Source: an uncultured Hyphomicrobiales bacterium
Lineage (GTDB): Bacteria > Pseudomonadota > Alphaproteobacteria > Rhizobiales > Beijerinckiaceae
Length of the DNA stretch: 64,000 nt
Direction of reading: 5' to 3'
NCBI GenBank assembly: GCA_903861645.1
Contig: CAIOVE010000065.1
Coordinates: 138 to 64,137 of the forward strand
In this document: positions 60,977-64,000 of the stretch, one piece after another
Layout of the letters: every line of letters starts with the position of its first letter
Numbering within the stretch: the first letter of the stretch is position 1
Notes under the pieces: model-generated
The model's input: the letters and a program-made list of their open reading frames with translations, nothing else
Told to the model about the DNA's origin: nothing
Databases searched by the model: none
Position numbers and translations under genes: made by a program

Positions 60977-62510
60977 CGCGCCGATCACACCGCATCGTAC
61001 GCTCATCACCATCTGCACGATGGTGGCGACATTGATGCAGGTGCTCGACTCGACCATCGCCAACGTCGCGCTGCCCTACATGCAAGGGTCGCTGTCGACC
61101 ACGTCGGACCAGATTTCCTGGGTGCTGACGTCCTATATCGTCGCCGCCGCCATCATGACGGCGCCGGTGGGCTGGCTGTCGTCGCGCTTCGGGCGGAAAA
61201 ACTTCTTCATTTTCTGCCTCGTCGGCTTCACGTTGACGTCGATGCTGTGCGGCGTCGCCCAGTCGCTCGAGCAGATGGTCGTGTTCCGTCTGATGCAGGG
61301 AATATGCGGCGCCGCGATCGTGCCGCTGTCGCAGGCGATCATGCTCGATATCTATCCCATCGAGCAGCGTGGTCAGGCCATGGTCATGTGGGGCATGGGC
61401 GTGATGGTTGGCCCCATCATCGGGCCGACGCTCGGCGGCTGGCTGACGGACGCCTACGACTGGCGCTGGGTGTTCTTCATCAACCTGCCGTTCGGCATCA
61501 TCGCGACATCGGGCTTCGCCATTTTCATGAAGGAAAAGCGCGGCGCGCCCGCGCCGCCCTTCGACTGGACCGGCTTCACCGCCCTGTCGCTGGGCATCGG
61601 CGCGCTGCAACTGCTGCTTGATCGGGGCGGCGGCAACGACTGGTTCGAATCGAGCGAGACCCTCATCGAGGCCGCGCTGGCGGGTCTCGGCCTCTATCTG
61701 TTCATCGTGCACGTCTGGCTGGCGGAAAAGCCCTTCATCCAGCCGGCGATGTTTTCGGACGTGAATTACGCCTCCGGCTTCGCGCTGATGTTCGCGGTCG
61801 GCATCGTGCTGCTGGCGAGCACCGTGCTGCTCGCGCCCTATCTCCAGACGTTGGGCGGCTACCCGGTCTGGCAGGCCGGCCTGCTGATGGCGCCGCGCGG
61901 CCTTGGCACGATGATCGGCATGATGGTGGCCGGCCGACTTGGCGGCAAGGTCGATCCGCGCGCGGTCATGATCGCCGGCCTCGGCTTTCTTGCCTTTTCC
62001 TTCTGGGAGGAAGCGCGCTGGACGCCCGCGGTATCCACCTCGGCGCTGACCTTCGTCACGACGATCCAGGGTTTCGCGCTTGGTCTCGTGTTCATACCCT
62101 TGCAAATGATCGCCTACGCGACGCTGGCGCCACGCTACCGGGCGGACGCGACCGCCCTGTTCAGCCTCGTGCGTAACGTCGGCTCGGCGATTGGCGTTTC
62201 CATCGCTTCCTTCATGCTGACGCGCAGCGCGCAGATCGCTCATTCGCAGATCGCCGACACGCTGACGCCGTTTAACCGGATGATGCAGACCGGCGGCGCC
62301 TATCTGATGTGGAACGCGGCGACCTCCGCCGGTCTTTCGGCGCTCGACGGCGAGGTGTCGCGGCAGGCGCTGGCCATCGCCTATTCCAATGATTTCATGC
62401 TGATGTTCTGGATCAGCTTTCCCACCGCGGCGCTTGTTCTGCTCATGCGCGGCCCCTCGCGCACCGGAGCCGCCGCCGGCCAGCCCGCTCCGCACGCGGC
62501 GATGGACTGA
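60957..62510 (+). CDS. EmrB-like DHA2 MFS efflux pump
   Basis: MQVLDSTIANVALP, WVLTSY, GPIIGPTLGG, WRWVFFINLP. Confidence 0.93.
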   Translation: MATTSPSAPITPHRTLITICTMVATLMQVLDSTIANVALPYMQGSLSTTSDQISWVLTSYIVAAAIMTAPVGWLSSRFGRKNFFIFCLVGFTLTSMLCGVAQSLEQMVVFRLMQGICGAAIVPLSQAIMLDIYPIEQRGQAMVMWGMGVMVGPIIGPTLGGWLTDAYDWRWVFFINLPFGIIATSGFAIFMKEKRGAPAPPFDWTGFTALSLGIGALQLLLDRGGGNDWFESSETLIEAALAGLGLYLFIVHVWLAEKPFIQPAMFSDVNYASGFALMFAVGIVLLASTVLLAPYLQTLGGYPVWQAGLLMAPRGLGTMIGMMVAGRLGGKVDPRAVMIAGLGFLAFSFWEEARWTPAVSTSALTFVTTIQGFALGLVFIPLQMIAYATLAPRYRADATALFSLVRNVGSAIGVSIASFMLTRSAQIAHSQIADTLTPFNRMMQTGGAYLMWNAATSAGLSALDGEVSRQALAIAYSNDFMLMFWISFPTAALVLLMRGPSRTGAAAGQPAPHAAMD

Positions 62511-62646
62511 GCGCGGCGGCGCCGGCCACGCGACACAATCGCGCTTGCCCGCACAATCCACTGGCGCGCGACGCCGGAATGCTTTTTATTGCCCGCCGAG
62601 CGGACGACCGCCATCGATTGACCGACACGCAATACGGAGAAACATT

Positions 62647-63315
62647 ATGGGAGAGCATATCGAATTGACCGCCAGGGACGGCGTCAAGATCGGCGCCTAT
62701 CTGGCCCGACCGACCGGCGCGCCCAAGGGCGGCATCGTCGTCATTCAGGAAATCTTCGGCGTCAACCATCACATCCGCGCCACCGCCGATCTCTACGCCT
62801 CGCATGGCTACGTCGCCGTCGCGCCGGCGATCTACGATCGCGTGCAGAAGAACTACGAGACGGGCTACGAGCAGGCCGACGTGCAGGCCGGCGCCGCCCT
62901 GCGCGGCAAGTGCAAGAACGAGGATTTCATGGCCGACATCGCCGCGGCCATCGCCAAGGCGTCGGAAGGCGGCAAGGTCGGCGTCGTCGGCTATTGCCTC
63001 GGCGGCACGCTGACCTTCCTGTCCGCCTGCAATCTCTCCGGACTGAGCGCGGCGGTCGGCTATTACGGCGGCGGCATCGCGGCGGCCTGCGACCAGAAGC
63101 CGAAGGTTCCGACCATTCTGTTCTTCGGCGAGACCGATCACTCGATCCCCATGTCCGACGTTGAAAAGATCAAGGCCGCGCGGCCGGAGGTCGCGAGCCA
63201 CGTGTTCATGGGCGTTGGCCACGGATTCAACTGCGACGAGCGCGGCGCCTACAACAAGGAAGCCGCCGACGCCGCGCGCAAGCAGGCCCTCGACTTCTTC
63301 GCCAAGCATCTGTGA
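62647..63315 (+). CDS. Dienelactone hydrolase family protein
   Basis: QEIFGVN, GYCLGG nucleophile elbow, HGFNCD. Confidence 0.92.
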   Translation: MGEHIELTARDGVKIGAYLARPTGAPKGGIVVIQEIFGVNHHIRATADLYASHGYVAVAPAIYDRVQKNYETGYEQADVQAGAALRGKCKNEDFMADIAAAIAKASEGGKVGVVGYCLGGTLTFLSACNLSGLSAAVGYYGGGIAAACDQKPKVPTILFFGETDHSIPMSDVEKIKAARPEVASHVFMGVGHGFNCDERGAYNKEAADAARKQALDFFAKHL

Positions 63316-63377
63316 CGCCCTGACCGTCGACGGCGGCGCCGCGCGCGCCGCCGCTCCATCGCCCGCGAGGAATAGCC

Positions 63378-64000
63378 ATGATCGTCGAGAACCAGCTGCA
63401 ACTGACCGATTTCGCGCTTGATGTCATGAAGCGCACGCCCGATCCGCGCCTGCGCGAGATCACCACGTCGCTGATCAAGCACCTGCACGCCTTCGTGCGC
63501 GAGACTCGCCTGACCGAGCGCGAATTCCAGGACGGTTGCGCGCTGATCGCCGAACTTGGCCAGCGCACCAACGATCTGCACAACGAGGTCGTGTTGATGG
63601 CGGGCTCGCTTGGCGTGTCCTCGCTGGTTTGCCTGCTCAACAACGGCGACAACGGCAACACCGAAACCAACCAGAACCTGCTCGGGCCTTTCTGGCGGCT
63701 GAATTCGCCGCGGATGAAAAACGGCGAGAGCATCAACCCCAAGGGCACGCCGGGCACGGCCATGTTCGTCAAGGCGCGCTTCGTCGACACCGCGGGCAAG
63801 CCGATCGAGGGCGCCGAGGTCGATATCTGGCAGGCGGACGACGATGGCTTCTACGAGAACCAGCTCGACCGCGAATACGACATGAACCTGCGCGGCAAGT
63901 TCACCACCGACGCCAACGGCGAAATCTCGTTCCGCAGCATCATGCCGCTTGGCTATCCGATTCCGACCGAGGGGCCCGTCGGCCGCCTGCTGAAGGCGCA
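63378..64000 (+). CDS. Intradiol ring-cleavage dioxygenase (hydroxyquinol/catechol 1,2-dioxygenase family), truncated by the window edge
   Basis: Manual translation: RLREITTSLIKHLHAFVRE, LLGPFW, VDIWQADDDGFYENQ, NLRGKF, GYPIPTEGPVG; not in the supplied ORF track. Confidence 0.88.
   Translation, partial: MIVENQLQLTDFALDVMKRTPDPRLREITTSLIKHLHAFVRETRLTEREFQDGCALIAELGQRTNDLHNEVVLMAGSLGVSSLVCLLNNGDNGNTETNQNLLGPFWRLNSPRMKNGESINPKGTPGTAMFVKARFVDTAGKPIEGAEVDIWQADDDGFYENQLDREYDMNLRGKFTTDANGEISFRSIMPLGYPIPTEGPVGRLLKA

Overview
High-GC alphaproteobacterial chromosomal segment (Hyphomicrobiales-like, from gene order and protein families). Housekeeping and cell-cycle genes: podJ, gltBD, ltaE, rhlE, hrpB, rpsT-dnaA. 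Stress and repair genes: ibpA with a ROSE hairpin and RpoH-type promoter, a ligase-associated exonuclease plus ATP-dependent ligase, LysR-AhpD-DUF1348. Also sorAB, bdhA-patatin, c-di-GMP and two-component genes, zur, MarR-EmrAB-type efflux, and scattered aromatic-catabolism genes (cupin dioxygenase, Rieske oxygenase + MFS, dienelactone hydrolase + intradiol dioxygenase). No rRNA, tRNA, CRISPR array, transposase or integrase was recognised. Strongest leads: (i) an uncharacterised amide/N-scavenging cluster (41.7-52.0 kb) whose two divergent arms appear to start from two overlapping face-to-face sigma54 promoters sharing one TTGCAA palindrome; (ii) a catalytically divergent QueD-like / GT4 / methyltransferase module interrupted by an APRxx-repeat secreted protein, with exact CtrA and LexA boxes in the intervening DNA; (iii) the 0.9 kb rpsT-dnaA spacer with an exact CtrA box and an AT-rich palindrome; (iv) a membrane-anchored degenerate GGDEF protein with an intact RxxD site. 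All calls come from manual reading; no database searches were run.
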